From: a virus
DNA: 37,582 nt
Direction: 5' to 3' (one strand)
Virus record (IMG/VR): IMGVR_UViG_3300045988_169098
The notes below the pieces were generated by a model that made no database searches, was not told the origin of the DNA, and was given only the letters and a program-made list of their open reading frames with translations. Below, in pieces: positions 1 to 7,561 of this stretch. The translations under genes and the position numbers were made by a program. How positions within the stretch are numbered: position 1 is the first letter of the stretch; every line of letters starts with the position of its first letter.

Positions 1-55
1 TCCCGTAAGGCAAAGCGGCTATTTTCCAACCCGCTCTCAGCTCAGTGCGTCCTTC
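1..55 (+). repeat. 55-bp terminal direct repeat, left copy (attL core, or circular-assembly overlap)
   Basis: tcccgtaaggcaaagcggctattttccaacccgctctcagctcagtgcgtccttc is identical to 37528-37582, read directly. Confidence 0.9.
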
Positions 56-113
56 AACTTGCGAAGAAACCACCATTCGCAGGAATGGCGTGATTCCAAC
101 GTTTTTAAGGGTT

Positions 114-1289
114 TCAGACGGGCTTCAAAACGTTTTTGCCCACATTTTGCCCACATTCTTCCACGCCCGTCTCCACCTGCACGGCGGCATCGAGCAGACG
201 GGCCACGTCCATAAGGTCGCTGTCGAACAGATCCGCGTACACGTCCAACGTCATGCTCGCGTTCTTGTGGCCCAGCATCCTCTGCAGGGCCTTGACGTTC
301 GCGCCCGCATGCACGGCCAACGAGGCGGCGGTGTGACGCAGGTCGTGAGGCACCGGCCAATCGTCCCGCTTCCAGCCCAGACGGGTGAGCGTGTGCGTCC
401 ACCATCCCGTCTCGCGGGCGAGGCTCTGCTTGCGGATAGGGCCTCCACGCACGTCACGGAACACGCGCTCCTCGTGTTCGCGTTGCTCGCATATCGGTTT
501 GAGCGCGTCCATGACTATGCGGGGCATGGGCACGTCACGGCGTTCGTGGTTCTTCGGGGTGCCCTCGGCCCATTTGGCGTTGACGTATACGAGGTTGCGG
601 CGCACGTGCAGTATGCCGGCGTCGAAGTCGAGATCGCGTCTTTGTAATCCGGCCGCTTCGCCCCATCTCAGCCCGCAGAAGCCCAATAGCAGTATGAGCG
701 CCCGGCGCTCCTCTCCCAGCTTCCGGCAGTTCGACGCTTCGTTGGCGAGTGCCAGCAGTCTGGTAATGGTCAGGTAGATGCGGCGATCCTTGCGTTTGGG
801 GAGTCTCGGCAGTTCGATGCCGTCGCACGGGTTGGAGGAGATGAGCTTGTCCCGCACAGCCATGCTGCATATGCCCTGCATGATCTGGTATGGGCGGCTG
901 ACGGATGGTGCGCCGGACTTATCGATTATGCTTCCGACCCATGCCTGGACTTCGGCGTGTGTGATGCTGCCTATCTGCCGTTCTGCCCATTTGGCCTCGC
1001 AGTGGCATTTCCATGCGCTGTCCATGTTGGAACCCGAAGACGCCTTCCAAAACGGCTTCTTTTCGGCAATCCACTGGTCATGCAGCGTGCCTATGCGTTG
1101 TTTGCCGCCTTCCGGGTCGATGTAGCTGCCGGTGGCCTTGGCTATGGTGACGTGTTCCGCAGCCCACGTCTCCGCGTCAATCTTGCGGCGGAAGCCCCTC
1201 TTGTCGGTTTGCGTGCCGTCGGGTTTCCGATAGCGGACTCGATACCTGTTTTCGCCTTTGGCCGTCCTGTATCTGGTGATGTTCGCCAT
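114..1289 (-). CDS. int: Tyrosine integrase
   Basis: 391-aa ORF with the tyrosine-recombinase signature: CGLRWGEA (Arg), HDLRHTAAS (HxxR), LGHKNASMTLDVYADL (His, Tyr). It lies next to the terminal repeat. Confidence 0.92.
   Translation of the reverse strand: MANITRYRTAKGENRYRVRYRKPDGTQTDKRGFRRKIDAETWAAEHVTIAKATGSYIDPEGGKQRIGTLHDQWIAEKKPFWKASSGSNMDSAWKCHCEAKWAERQIGSITHAEVQAWVGSIIDKSGAPSVSRPYQIMQGICSMAVRDKLISSNPCDGIELPRLPKRKDRRIYLTITRLLALANEASNCRKLGEERRALILLLGFCGLRWGEAAGLQRRDLDFDAGILHVRRNLVYVNAKWAEGTPKNHERRDVPMPRIVMDALKPICEQREHEERVFRDVRGGPIRKQSLARETGWWTHTLTRLGWKRDDWPVPHDLRHTAASLAVHAGANVKALQRMLGHKNASMTLDVYADLFDSDLMDVARLLDAAVQVETGVEECGQNVGKNVLKPV
137..159 (+). promoter_or_regulatory. Candidate Int arm-type site pair (P' arm): tandem TGCCCACATT with 11-bp period
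   Basis: tgcccacatttt tgcccacattct lies inside the int 3' end. The same tandem pair occurs at 37442-37464 in the same orientation. The two pairs bracket the 55-bp repeat at about 64-82 bp on either side once the ends are joined. Confidence 0.5.
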
Positions 1290-1319
1290 GATTTTTTCAC
1301 TCGCTCATACTTGTTTTCG

Positions 1320-1357
1320 GTTTTAACGTGTTTTAACTGGTATTAATGTGTTTTAAT
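1320..1357 (-). promoter_or_regulatory. AT-rich int upstream region with GTTTTAAC x2 (10-bp period) plus GTTTTAAT
   Basis: cggTTTTAACgtgTTTTAACtggtattaatgtgTTTTAATgag. It is the reverse complement of the GTTAAAAC triplet at 37477-37504. Confidence 0.4.
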
Positions 1358-1426
1358 GAGATTTGACGGATAACAGGGAAATTAATAAAATATTCTCTTT
1401 ACGCCAAAATCGGAAAGGAGACGGCC

Positions 1427-1606
1427 ATGACCATGACCGATACCGGCGTGAAGCCGATTCCGGCATACGTGCCGCCCGAGGACGGCAAGCCACGCAACGC
1501 CGTGGACGAGAAATGGATGAAGCTGACCCGCAGCGCCCGCCATTACATGGAACGCAGGGCAAAGGCCCGGAAGGAAACCATCGATGGGTCTGAAGCTCGT
1601 CATTGA
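1427..1606 (+). CDS. Small hypothetical protein (59 aa), translationally overlapped with the GNAT-like gene
   Basis: Below the ORF-track cutoff. ATG at 1427 follows RBS ggaaaggag. Third-position GC is high. Sequence: MTMTDTGVKPIPAYVPPEDGKPRNAVDEKWMKLTRSARHYMERRAKARKETIDGSEARH. Overlaps the next start by 23 nt. Confidence 0.5.
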   Translation: MTMTDTGVKPIPAYVPPEDGKPRNAVDEKWMKLTRSARHYMERRAKARKETIDGSEARH

Positions 1607-2141
1607 GCGCGAATGCTCCAGAGACCATCAGACGGCCCTCAGGCAGTTCCTGTGCTGTGAACCTGGAGGCCCCGAATGGGCGATGGACCCGCAACGCTAC
1701 ATACGTGACCTCAGCGTGCGCAAGACCCCGAAGGGGATCATGCGCACGCTTCTTGTCGTATCCGGAGATATTCCCTTGCATGATGACGTGGTCGGCTTCT
1801 GCGAATACGGCGTAGCCGTGGAAACGACCGATGAGTATGAGGGCGTCTACCAGATCTCGTATATCGACACCGCTTTGAAGGTGCGTGGCACACATCTCGG
1901 AGACACTCTGCTCTCCTCGGTTATCGTGCGCCTGCGTGACGATGCCTGGCGTTTCAACCGCACGCCACTCGTGCTCACCCAGGTGGATCCGCGCAACAAG
2001 CCCAGCATGGACCTGTTCACACGATTGGATTCATGGACGAGGGGCCGGATCCCCGACGACCCGGAATACCATCTGCTGTCCCTGGAGTTTACCCCGCAGG
2101 AGCGCGGAAACTACTTCGGCAGCACACTCGCGTTCTTCTGA
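1584..2141 (+). CDS. GNAT-like acetyltransferase (putative cargo / moron)
   Basis: 185-aa ORF with good codon bias. It has a motif-A-like KVRGTHLGDTLLSSVI preceded by beta-strand-like VVGFCEYGV...YQISYIDT, and a motif-B-like NKPSMDLFTRLDSW. The antisense ORF 1353..1895 looks spurious. Confidence 0.5.
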   Translation: MGLKLVIERECSRDHQTALRQFLCCEPGGPEWAMDPQRYIRDLSVRKTPKGIMRTLLVVSGDIPLHDDVVGFCEYGVAVETTDEYEGVYQISYIDTALKVRGTHLGDTLLSSVIVRLRDDAWRFNRTPLVLTQVDPRNKPSMDLFTRLDSWTRGRIPDDPEYHLLSLEFTPQERGNYFGSTLAFF

Positions 2142-2228
2142 CATTTCGGGTATAGCTCCGCCAGGCCTATCGGCTATGATGGGGAGGCGAAGCGTCCTCC
2201 TTTCTTGAACTAGCTGGATTCTTCAACC

Positions 2229-2270
2229 GCCCTGTTGGCGCTGCAGTGCCAACAGGGCAATTCTTTTATT
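2229..2270 (+). terminator. Rho-independent terminator between convergent genes
   Basis: Perfect 11-bp stem gccctgttggc / gccaacagggc with an 8-nt loop, followed by aattcttttatt. Confidence 0.75.
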
Positions 2271-3045
2271 GGGTTATTCCATTACTTGGTAAAGGTATCC
2301 CGCTGTTGCGGAATATCGACATCATGGTTGCCGTTGGTGCAATCAACACCGAGACAGGCACGGAATCATCGCCGCGTTTACAGCCGCTTGTGAATATCGC
2401 CATATATTCCTCTCCGACACCAAGATGCTTTGATAATCGAGCGGCGTTCTGCTTGTTGACGTAACCTACACAGCCAGCACCAGATGCGTGAATGGCCACT
2501 GCATTCTTATCGTATTTATTGCCGGGCTCTCTGACTAATTCGGCCTTCGCTAAGGGTCGCGTATCTGCATTCAGCACGGCCTCCTCATAGTATGCGGATC
2601 CTCGTATGGAACCGGTATAGATACCGAGCTTGTAAACCTGCCCACTAGATCTATTCGGCAATAAGCCATTCGGCGCTTCCAGCACCAGTTGGCCGTTATA
2701 CAGGTTGAGCTGCAGGTTGGTGTTGCCTTCGTCGTCCATCGTCACCAAATCAAGTTGGTGTTCGGCGGGGAGGAAGGCATCGCTGTATATCGGTACGTAT
2801 TCAGTCAATCCTTGGACTGGTTTCAAGGTTCGAGGGTCGGCAGGATGCTGAGTGGTTTCCAGCCCGACGAATGCAGAAGGGCGAATCGGCGGATTCTTCA
2901 TCGACCCCGAACCGGAGCCCTTCACTGCTTGATTTGGCTGAGACCGCCCCCATCTTTCCTCTTTGGGTTTTGTCATTTCGATAAGCATGTATGCCGGTAG
3001 GCAAAGCAGTGGAATTCCTATGGAAAAGAACAGTATCCAGCCCAT
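2266..3045 (-). CDS. Membrane-anchored HIRAN-domain protein
   Basis: N-terminal hydrophobic helix MGWILFFSIGIPLLCLPAYMLI. C-terminal HIRAN-like block GSIRGSAYYEEAV...AELVREPGNKYDKNAVAIHASGAGCVGYVNKQNAARLSKHL. RBS aagggg; start lies 10 nt after the ImmA-like stop. Confidence 0.65.
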   Translation of the reverse strand: MGWILFFSIGIPLLCLPAYMLIEMTKPKEERWGRSQPNQAVKGSGSGSMKNPPIRPSAFVGLETTQHPADPRTLKPVQGLTEYVPIYSDAFLPAEHQLDLVTMDDEGNTNLQLNLYNGQLVLEAPNGLLPNRSSGQVYKLGIYTGSIRGSAYYEEAVLNADTRPLAKAELVREPGNKYDKNAVAIHASGAGCVGYVNKQNAARLSKHLGVGEEYMAIFTSGCKRGDDSVPVSVLIAPTATMMSIFRNSGIPLPSNGITQ

Positions 3046-3054
3046 TGCGTCCCC

Positions 3055-3438
3055 TTACGCGGCCACGTTGTCGTGCAGCCATTGTTTGTATGCCTGGATT
3101 ATCCAAGGCATTACGTTCATCTCTTTTGCCATGAGGGTTTCGTCTCCGTCGTATATGTTTTCGGCGGTCTGGTATTCCACTTGGCTTATGAGCATTCGGG
3201 CGGCTTCTATATCCGCTCGTTGTTCCGTGTAGCGGTCGGCGTGGCCTCCCCTGTCGCGGTGTTTGGCGTGGCTGATTTCGTGGGCCAGTACGCACCGGTA
3301 TTGGGTTGGGGTGAGGTCGTCCGCTATGTAGATGGTCTCGGTGTTCGCGTCGTAGAGTCCTTGGTACCCGGTTTGCATCGGGGTGATGATGACTCTTTTC
3401 GCGTACCACCTGGCTTCCTGCTCTAGGTCTGTCGTCAC
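3055..3438 (-). CDS. ImmA/IrrE-family zinc metalloprotease (anti-repressor protease)
   Basis: 127 aa with HEISHAKH (HExxH). Lies directly downstream of, and overlapping, the XRE repressor gene, which is the classic ImmR-ImmA pairing. Confidence 0.8.
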   Translation of the reverse strand: MTTDLEQEARWYAKRVIITPMQTGYQGLYDANTETIYIADDLTPTQYRCVLAHEISHAKHRDRGGHADRYTEQRADIEAARMLISQVEYQTAENIYDGDETLMAKEMNVMPWIIQAYKQWLHDNVAA

Positions 3439-3782
3439 GGCAGCTCCTCGTATGCTTCCTGTTCGGCCTTGGTGTCGCCCGGCTTGGCCACCAGTGTTTG
3501 CATACGAGCAAACGCTTTCTTTGCAAGCTGAGCGTCAGATTCAATCTGAGCTTTTGCAGACGCCTCTTCAAGGATGAGGAGTGGATCGCAGCCAAGTACC
3601 CTCGCGATGGCGTCAATCTCTTCGGTGTTGAAACAGCGATCACCACGAATCTTGTTGTAGTAGCTGTTACGTCCGATACCGGTAGCTGCACAAAGGTCGT
3701 CTATCGTCATGTTGCGGTCACGACGTCGATTTTCGATAACCTCTATGACTCTTTGCGTGAAGAGTGATTCATATTTGCTCAT
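3435..3782 (-). CDS. XRE-family HTH repressor (CI / ImmR-like)
   Basis: Start chosen at MSKYESLF (ATG 3780-3782), giving 115 aa. HTH: MTIDDLCAATGIGRNSYYNKIRG. Divergent from a Cro-like gene. Confidence 0.8.
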   Translation of the reverse strand: MSKYESLFTQRVIEVIENRRRDRNMTIDDLCAATGIGRNSYYNKIRGDRCFNTEEIDAIARVLGCDPLLILEEASAKAQIESDAQLAKKAFARMQTLVAKPGDTKAEQEAYEELP

Positions 3783-3871
3783 GTGAAAGATTGTACCGTT
3801 TTCCAGTACGTTTGCAAAATTCGTGCCGTTTTGGGTTGACAGTACGTAGCGGATACGGTACTTTATAAAAC
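3783..3871. promoter_or_regulatory. Divergent promoter/operator region of the genetic switch
   Basis: AT-rich 89 bp with repeats: GTACCGT (3793-3799) inverted with ACGGTAC (3855-3861); GTRCCGTTTT at 3793 and 3823; CAGTACGT at 3804 and 3840. TTGACA at 3836-3841 lies about 17 nt before TACTTT, consistent with a leaderless cro-like mRNA starting at ATG 3872. Confidence 0.5.
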
Positions 3872-4141
3872 ATGCAAACAAACACACAGCTCTCCGCAAC
3901 ATCAATAGAACTGATTAGGGCAGTAAAGGCCGAGGCGGCGCGCTCGGGCGTGTCCACCCCAGAACTAGCCCGCCGAACTGGGCGCGACCGCAAATTCTTC
4001 TACGACCGCTTCCTATTCCTCAAAGCCTTTTCCACTGAGGACCTCGACGCCATTGCCACAGCCCTCGGCATCACCGCCGCCGACATCATCAACTCGGCAC
4101 GATTCGCAGCCGAAATGCACAACGCGAAGGCGGTGGTGTGA
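3872..4141 (+). CDS. Cro-like HTH regulator
   Basis: 89 aa with HTH VSTPELARRTGRDRKFFYDRF. First rightward gene, opposite the repressor. Confidence 0.7.
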   Translation: MQTNTQLSATSIELIRAVKAEAARSGVSTPELARRTGRDRKFFYDRFLFLKAFSTEDLDAIATALGITAADIINSARFAAEMHNAKAVV

Positions 4142-4467
4142 TGGTTAGGACCTACCGGCTTGGCGGCGCGGAACGTGAGAGGGCCCGTGCGCTGATTCGT
4201 ATTCTCAGCATCGACATGGATCGTGTCAGATGGTTGGACGGCCACCCGATGACGGTTCGCGTGTTTGATGACGGCAAATGCTGGGTCGAATACACGGGAC
4301 TCGTCGTCTGCGACAAGGAAGACATCGATTTCTGTCTCCGTGGGCTCGAGCCCGTGGATGTCGGGCCGGGGTCTATAGGGACAGGATCCGGGAATGCCGG
4401 AACAGGATTCTTCGCGAGGATACGCGGATGTCTCTCGATTTCGAGGTCTCGACCATCGCGACGATGA
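4138..4467 (+). CDS. Hypothetical early protein
   Basis: ATGA overlap with the Cro-like stop. Codon bias is good for about the first 75 codons. The 3' tail overlaps convergent gene 4373..4705 by 95 nt and has poorer codon bias. Confidence 0.4.
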   Translation: MMVRTYRLGGAERERARALIRILSIDMDRVRWLDGHPMTVRVFDDGKCWVEYTGLVVCDKEDIDFCLRGLEPVDVGPGSIGTGSGNAGTGFFARIRGCLSISRSRPSRR

Positions 4468-4705
4468 CGGTGCCGGACTCATGGCGCTTGAGCTTGGAGG
4501 CTCCACGGTATTCGACGATAGCGCCGCCAGTCGGCGTCACCCGAATGTCTCGTTCGGTGAGCCACCCGTTGTTGCGCAGTATCCACCCGTCCCCATCCGT
4601 CTTATCCACTCCCCAATCGGTCGAGAGGTACAGGCGTCGTTCCGCGTCGAAGGACAGTAGCAACGCCGTCAATCCCATCCAGTTGTCCGCCAGCCATTTC
4701 CACAT
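4373..4705 (-). CDS. Hypothetical protein encoded antisense to the early operon (moron-like, probably leaderless)
   Basis: 110 aa with high GC3 throughout and an N-terminal hydrophobic stretch WMGLTALLLSF. On the minus strand a TAGAAT -10 (4713-4718) sits 7 nt before the ATG, and no RBS is present. Confidence 0.55.
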   Translation of the reverse strand: MWKWLADNWMGLTALLLSFDAERRLYLSTDWGVDKTDGDGWILRNNGWLTERDIRVTPTGGAIVEYRGASKLKRHESGTVIVAMVETSKSRDIRVSSRRILFRHSRILSL

Positions 4706-4723
4706 GGCTCAGATTCTAGCCAC

Positions 4724-4752
4724 AAAAAAATGCCGCCGATTGGAGCGGCGGC
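4724..4752 (-). terminator. Rho-independent terminator (minus strand) just upstream of the moron promoter
   Basis: Minus-strand reading: gccgccg ctccaat cggcggc followed by attttttt. Confidence 0.6.
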
Positions 4753-4779
4753 GAATGTCAGATTGAAAGAAGGTCCAAA

Positions 4780-5547
4780 ATGACTGAATCCAATGTACAG
4801 CCCTTCGAGTTTCGGGGCAACCCGGTCGCCACGGTGACCACCGGGAACGGGACGGTGCTGTTCTGCGCGAAGCACGTCGCCACCGCACTCGGATACAAGC
4901 GCCCGGCCGATGCCGTTAAGCAGCATTGCAAGGGGTCGGTGATTCGCAGACCCCTTGAGACGGCCGGTGGAATCCAGCAGATGGTATTCATCACCGAAGG
5001 CGACGTGTACCGCCTCATCGCCAGCAGCAAGCTCCCCAGCGCGGTCGAGTTCGAGCATTGGCTGTTCGACGAGGTAGTGCCCCAGATCCGTCGTACCGGC
5101 GGTTACATTCCCCAGGGCGAGACCCCGGAGGAGACGATGGCGCGCGCGGTGCTCATCGCGCAGAAGACCATCGAAGACCAGAAGAAGCAGCTTGAGGCCC
5201 AGAGGCCGAAGGTGCTGTTCGCTGACGCTGTCGCAACGTCGAAGCGGAGCATTCTGATTGGGGAATTGGCGAAGATCCTCAAACAGAACGGCGTGAAGAC
5301 CGGCCAGAACCGGTTGTTCAAGCAATTGCGTGAGGACGGTTTCCTGATGAAGCGCAACGGGAATCCGAACATGCCGACGCAGAAGAGCATGGAACTGGGT
5401 TTGTTCGAGGTCAAGGAAACATCGATTGCCCATTCGGATGGTCATGTGTCGTTGAACTTCACGACGAAGGTCACGCCCAAGGGCCAGCAGTACCTCATCC
5501 AGAAGTATCTGGGCTGCACTCCCCTTGACTTGGAAGCGGGTGCGTGA
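4780..5547 (+). CDS. Antirepressor (Bro-N domain plus KilAC/ANT domain)
   Basis: N-terminus FEFRGNPVATV...FCAKHVATALGYKRPADAVKQHC...GGIQQMVFITEGDVYRLIASSKLPSAVEFEHWLFDEVVPQIRRTGGY is typical Bro-N. The C-terminal half is typical of phage antirepressors. Confidence 0.85.
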   Translation: MTESNVQPFEFRGNPVATVTTGNGTVLFCAKHVATALGYKRPADAVKQHCKGSVIRRPLETAGGIQQMVFITEGDVYRLIASSKLPSAVEFEHWLFDEVVPQIRRTGGYIPQGETPEETMARAVLIAQKTIEDQKKQLEAQRPKVLFADAVATSKRSILIGELAKILKQNGVKTGQNRLFKQLREDGFLMKRNGNPNMPTQKSMELGLFEVKETSIAHSDGHVSLNFTTKVTPKGQQYLIQKYLGCTPLDLEAGA

Positions 5548-5786
5548 TGGCCGGTAGTCAAATCGAATCGTCTCTTGACGGCTGGCCGATCGCCAAGGTG
5601 GCGAGCTTCCTTGGTGTCTCGAAGGGCAGTCTCTACGTGTGGTCGTGCCACGACAAGTGGGGAGGCCGGTATCCGCCCGCGCCGAAACGCGTAGGCCGCA
5701 GGCTCGTTTGGAATCCACAGGAGGTCATCGACTACCGGGACCGGCGGTGCGCGATAAGCCGCAAGGAGCTGGTCCATGGCGAATAA
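5547..5786 (+). CDS. Excisionase-family (HTH_17 / MerR-like) DNA-binding protein, Xis candidate
   Basis: IAKVASFLGVSKGSLYVW...GRRLVWNPQEVIDY. The ATG overlaps the antirepressor TGA (tgATG). The track start at GTG 5544 is an alternative. Confidence 0.6.
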   Translation: MAGSQIESSLDGWPIAKVASFLGVSKGSLYVWSCHDKWGGRYPPAPKRVGRRLVWNPQEVIDYRDRRCAISRKELVHGE

Positions 5787-5890
5787 GGGTTTCCCGGATT
5801 CGAAACCGGGAGAAAAGAGGTGCCGGCGTCGCACTGCCAAGGTTCACGCCGGCACCAACATCACCAATCACATTGAAAGGAAAACAAGTG

Positions 5891-6289
5891 ATGTCAGGAC
5901 ACAAGATTACCGGAATCCACGCCATCGGCGTCGAGATCCCGAAGGGAATGTCATTCAAGGAGCTCATGGAGCAGCTGCTTGAGGGAGGAGAGGCTGAGTT
6001 GGAGAAGGAGTTGGACGAGGAGACGCGCCAGCCGGAAACCGGCAAGTGCGATTGTCCGGCGTGCGATCCAGACAAGGACACCGTGGAGGAAAGATTGTTC
6101 CATCCGGTCGATCAGTGGCAGCACGCCGTCGATGTGGCCAGTGACGTGCATGACGCGGCCGGCTCTCTCGAACACGCGCTGTTCGAGCTGGGTGAGAACC
6201 AGTTGGCGTTCGAGGCGTCGATGATCCTCAGCCAGTCGCTGACCCTGCTGCGTGCCATCCAACGCAAGCGCAAGGAGGTTGCGGAATGA
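5891..6289 (+). CDS. Hypothetical acidic protein
   Basis: Start at ATG 5891 after RBS gaaagga (MSGHKITG...), 132 aa. The upstream part of track ORF 5639..6289 looks non-coding. Confidence 0.65.
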   Translation: MSGHKITGIHAIGVEIPKGMSFKELMEQLLEGGEAELEKELDEETRQPETGKCDCPACDPDKDTVEERLFHPVDQWQHAVDVASDVHDAAGSLEHALFELGENQLAFEASMILSQSLTLLRAIQRKRKEVAE

Positions 6290-6552
6290 GCATCGAAGCA
6301 TTACGGCGTAAAAAGCGGCGTATGCGTCGCCCGAAGCCGCGCCTGACGGACGGGCAGAAATCGGCCGTATTACTGGCTCTCACGTTCTTCGAGGGTTGGC
6401 TGGTCGGTTTCGCCGGCACGCATAGTCGCATCCCCAGTCCGGTGGGTACGCCGCAGTGGATGATAACCGGCTCGCTCGCATTGGCGGTCGTATTGCCGCT
6501 CGTGTTCGTGGGAATCCTGTTGAAGTGGGGTGGCGATGGAACAGCCAAGTGA
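6286..6552 (+). CDS. Small membrane protein
   Basis: ATGA overlap with the previous gene. Basic N-terminus followed by two hydrophobic segments (SAVLLALTFFEGWLVGFAG; ITGSLALAVVLPLVFVGILL). Confidence 0.65.
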   Translation: MSIEALRRKKRRMRRPKPRLTDGQKSAVLLALTFFEGWLVGFAGTHSRIPSPVGTPQWMITGSLALAVVLPLVFVGILLKWGGDGTAK

Positions 6553-7006
6553 GTTCACGCTCTGCTTGCCGGGCGACCCGGCGCCGAAGGGCAGGCCCCG
6601 CGTCTACAACGGGCATGCGATCACTCCGAAACGCACCGTCAGGGCGGAGGAACGCCTGTTCGCGGAATTCCGGTTGAAATACCCGCAGGCGAAACCGTTC
6701 CAATGCCCCGTGCGCTTGGAGGCGGAGTTCTGGATGAGCCATAGGGGTCGGCCCGACCTCGACAACCTGCTGAAGCTGGTTTTGGATTCATTGAACGGCG
6801 TCGCCTACGTGGATGACGCGCAGGTCGTCGAATCCCACGCCAGCAAGCGGATGCCCGACCTATGGGTCTACGGGTCGAAGGGCCGCTACCGGAAGCGCAA
6901 GAGCGGCGACCCCTACACGTGTTGCGGGCACGAGTACGAGCCGCACCTCTATATCAGTATCAAACCGCTCCCGGAATGGGAGCCGGAGGAAAGGAGACAA
7001 TCATGA
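6530..7006 (+). CDS. rusA: RusA-family Holliday-junction resolvase
   Basis: GDPAPKGRPRV...RPDLDNLLKLVLDSLNGVAYVDDAQV matches the RusA signature. ATG 6536 is an alternative start. Confidence 0.85.
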   Translation: MAMEQPSEFTLCLPGDPAPKGRPRVYNGHAITPKRTVRAEERLFAEFRLKYPQAKPFQCPVRLEAEFWMSHRGRPDLDNLLKLVLDSLNGVAYVDDAQVVESHASKRMPDLWVYGSKGRYRKRKSGDPYTCCGHEYEPHLYISIKPLPEWEPEERRQS

Positions 7007-7386
7007 AGCAGCCGAAGATGATACAGGAGACGTTGATCGATGACGAGGACCTGTCCGCGGACATCGCCGACCTCGTGCCGGTCTCCTCGAAAATCACGGA
7101 TGCGGCCGCGACCTACATCGGCAAGGTGTCGAAGAAGTTCGGCGACGAGACGATTGCCGGCGACAAGCTGCGAATCCTGAACAAGACCAGCGAGCTGGCG
7201 CAGGAGGTCGTGAAGGCCGGTGCGGCGATCAACCGGCTGCTGCGCAACCCGCGTCAGGCGATGGCCGAACTTGTGGAGGCCGAAGTCAAGCAGCGTGAGC
7301 TTGAAAGGCTGGCGGCCCGACCGCCGAAGCATAGGCGTCGCATTCCACGCAACCCACGTTTCCATGGGACCCAGTGCCATGCCTGA
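7003..7386 (+). CDS. Hypothetical protein
   Basis: ATG 7003 after RBS ggaaaggag, with ATGA overlap on the rusA stop. 127 aa (MKQPKMIQETLIDDEDL...). Confidence 0.7.
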   Translation: MKQPKMIQETLIDDEDLSADIADLVPVSSKITDAAATYIGKVSKKFGDETIAGDKLRILNKTSELAQEVVKAGAAINRLLRNPRQAMAELVEAEVKQRELERLAARPPKHRRRIPRNPRFHGTQCHA

Positions 7387-7399
7387 CCGGCGTCTCTAT

Positions 7400-7561
7400 A
7401 TGCCGCGTTGCAGGACATGCGGTCCGCTCGGCAGGCCCACCGGCCTGGACGAGGCGGTCACCTGCTGCAACCGGCACACGAACCAGACCAAACATCAGAC
7501 GGCGTGGTATCCCACCCACGCCCAAATCATCGTGAAAGGCAAATCAAATGACTGCGAATGA
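7400..7561 (+). CDS. Small Cys-rich hypothetical protein (possible zinc ribbon)
   Basis: MPRCRTCGPLGRPTGLDEAVTCCNRH... High GC3. Fills the gap between 7386 and 7548. The start is uncertain (7379 or 7400). Confidence 0.35.
   Translation: MPRCRTCGPLGRPTGLDEAVTCCNRHTNQTKHQTAWYPTHAQIIVKGKSNDCE

Noticed and set aside
1-55. Terminal repeats as ends of a transposon or insertion sequence.
   Set aside because: The repeats are direct, not inverted. No transposase is present, and the content is a complete phage with a tyrosine integrase.
1353-1895. 180-aa minus-strand ORF overlapping the GNAT-like gene.
   Set aside because: The translation is poor, with no RBS. The plus-strand frame has better codon bias, recognisable motifs and a coupled upstream ORF.
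4278-4766. 162-aa plus-strand ORF spanning the convergent-gene overlap.
   Set aside because: It lies in a third frame across two better-supported genes. It has low-complexity translation and no RBS.
5791-5812. tRNA T-arm-like sequence tcccggattcgaaaccggga, followed by a 10-bp-stem hairpin at 5819-5856.
   Set aside because: The loop length is wrong for a T-loop, there are no acceptor, anticodon or D arms, and no CCA context. It is probably just intergenic secondary structure with no T-run terminator.
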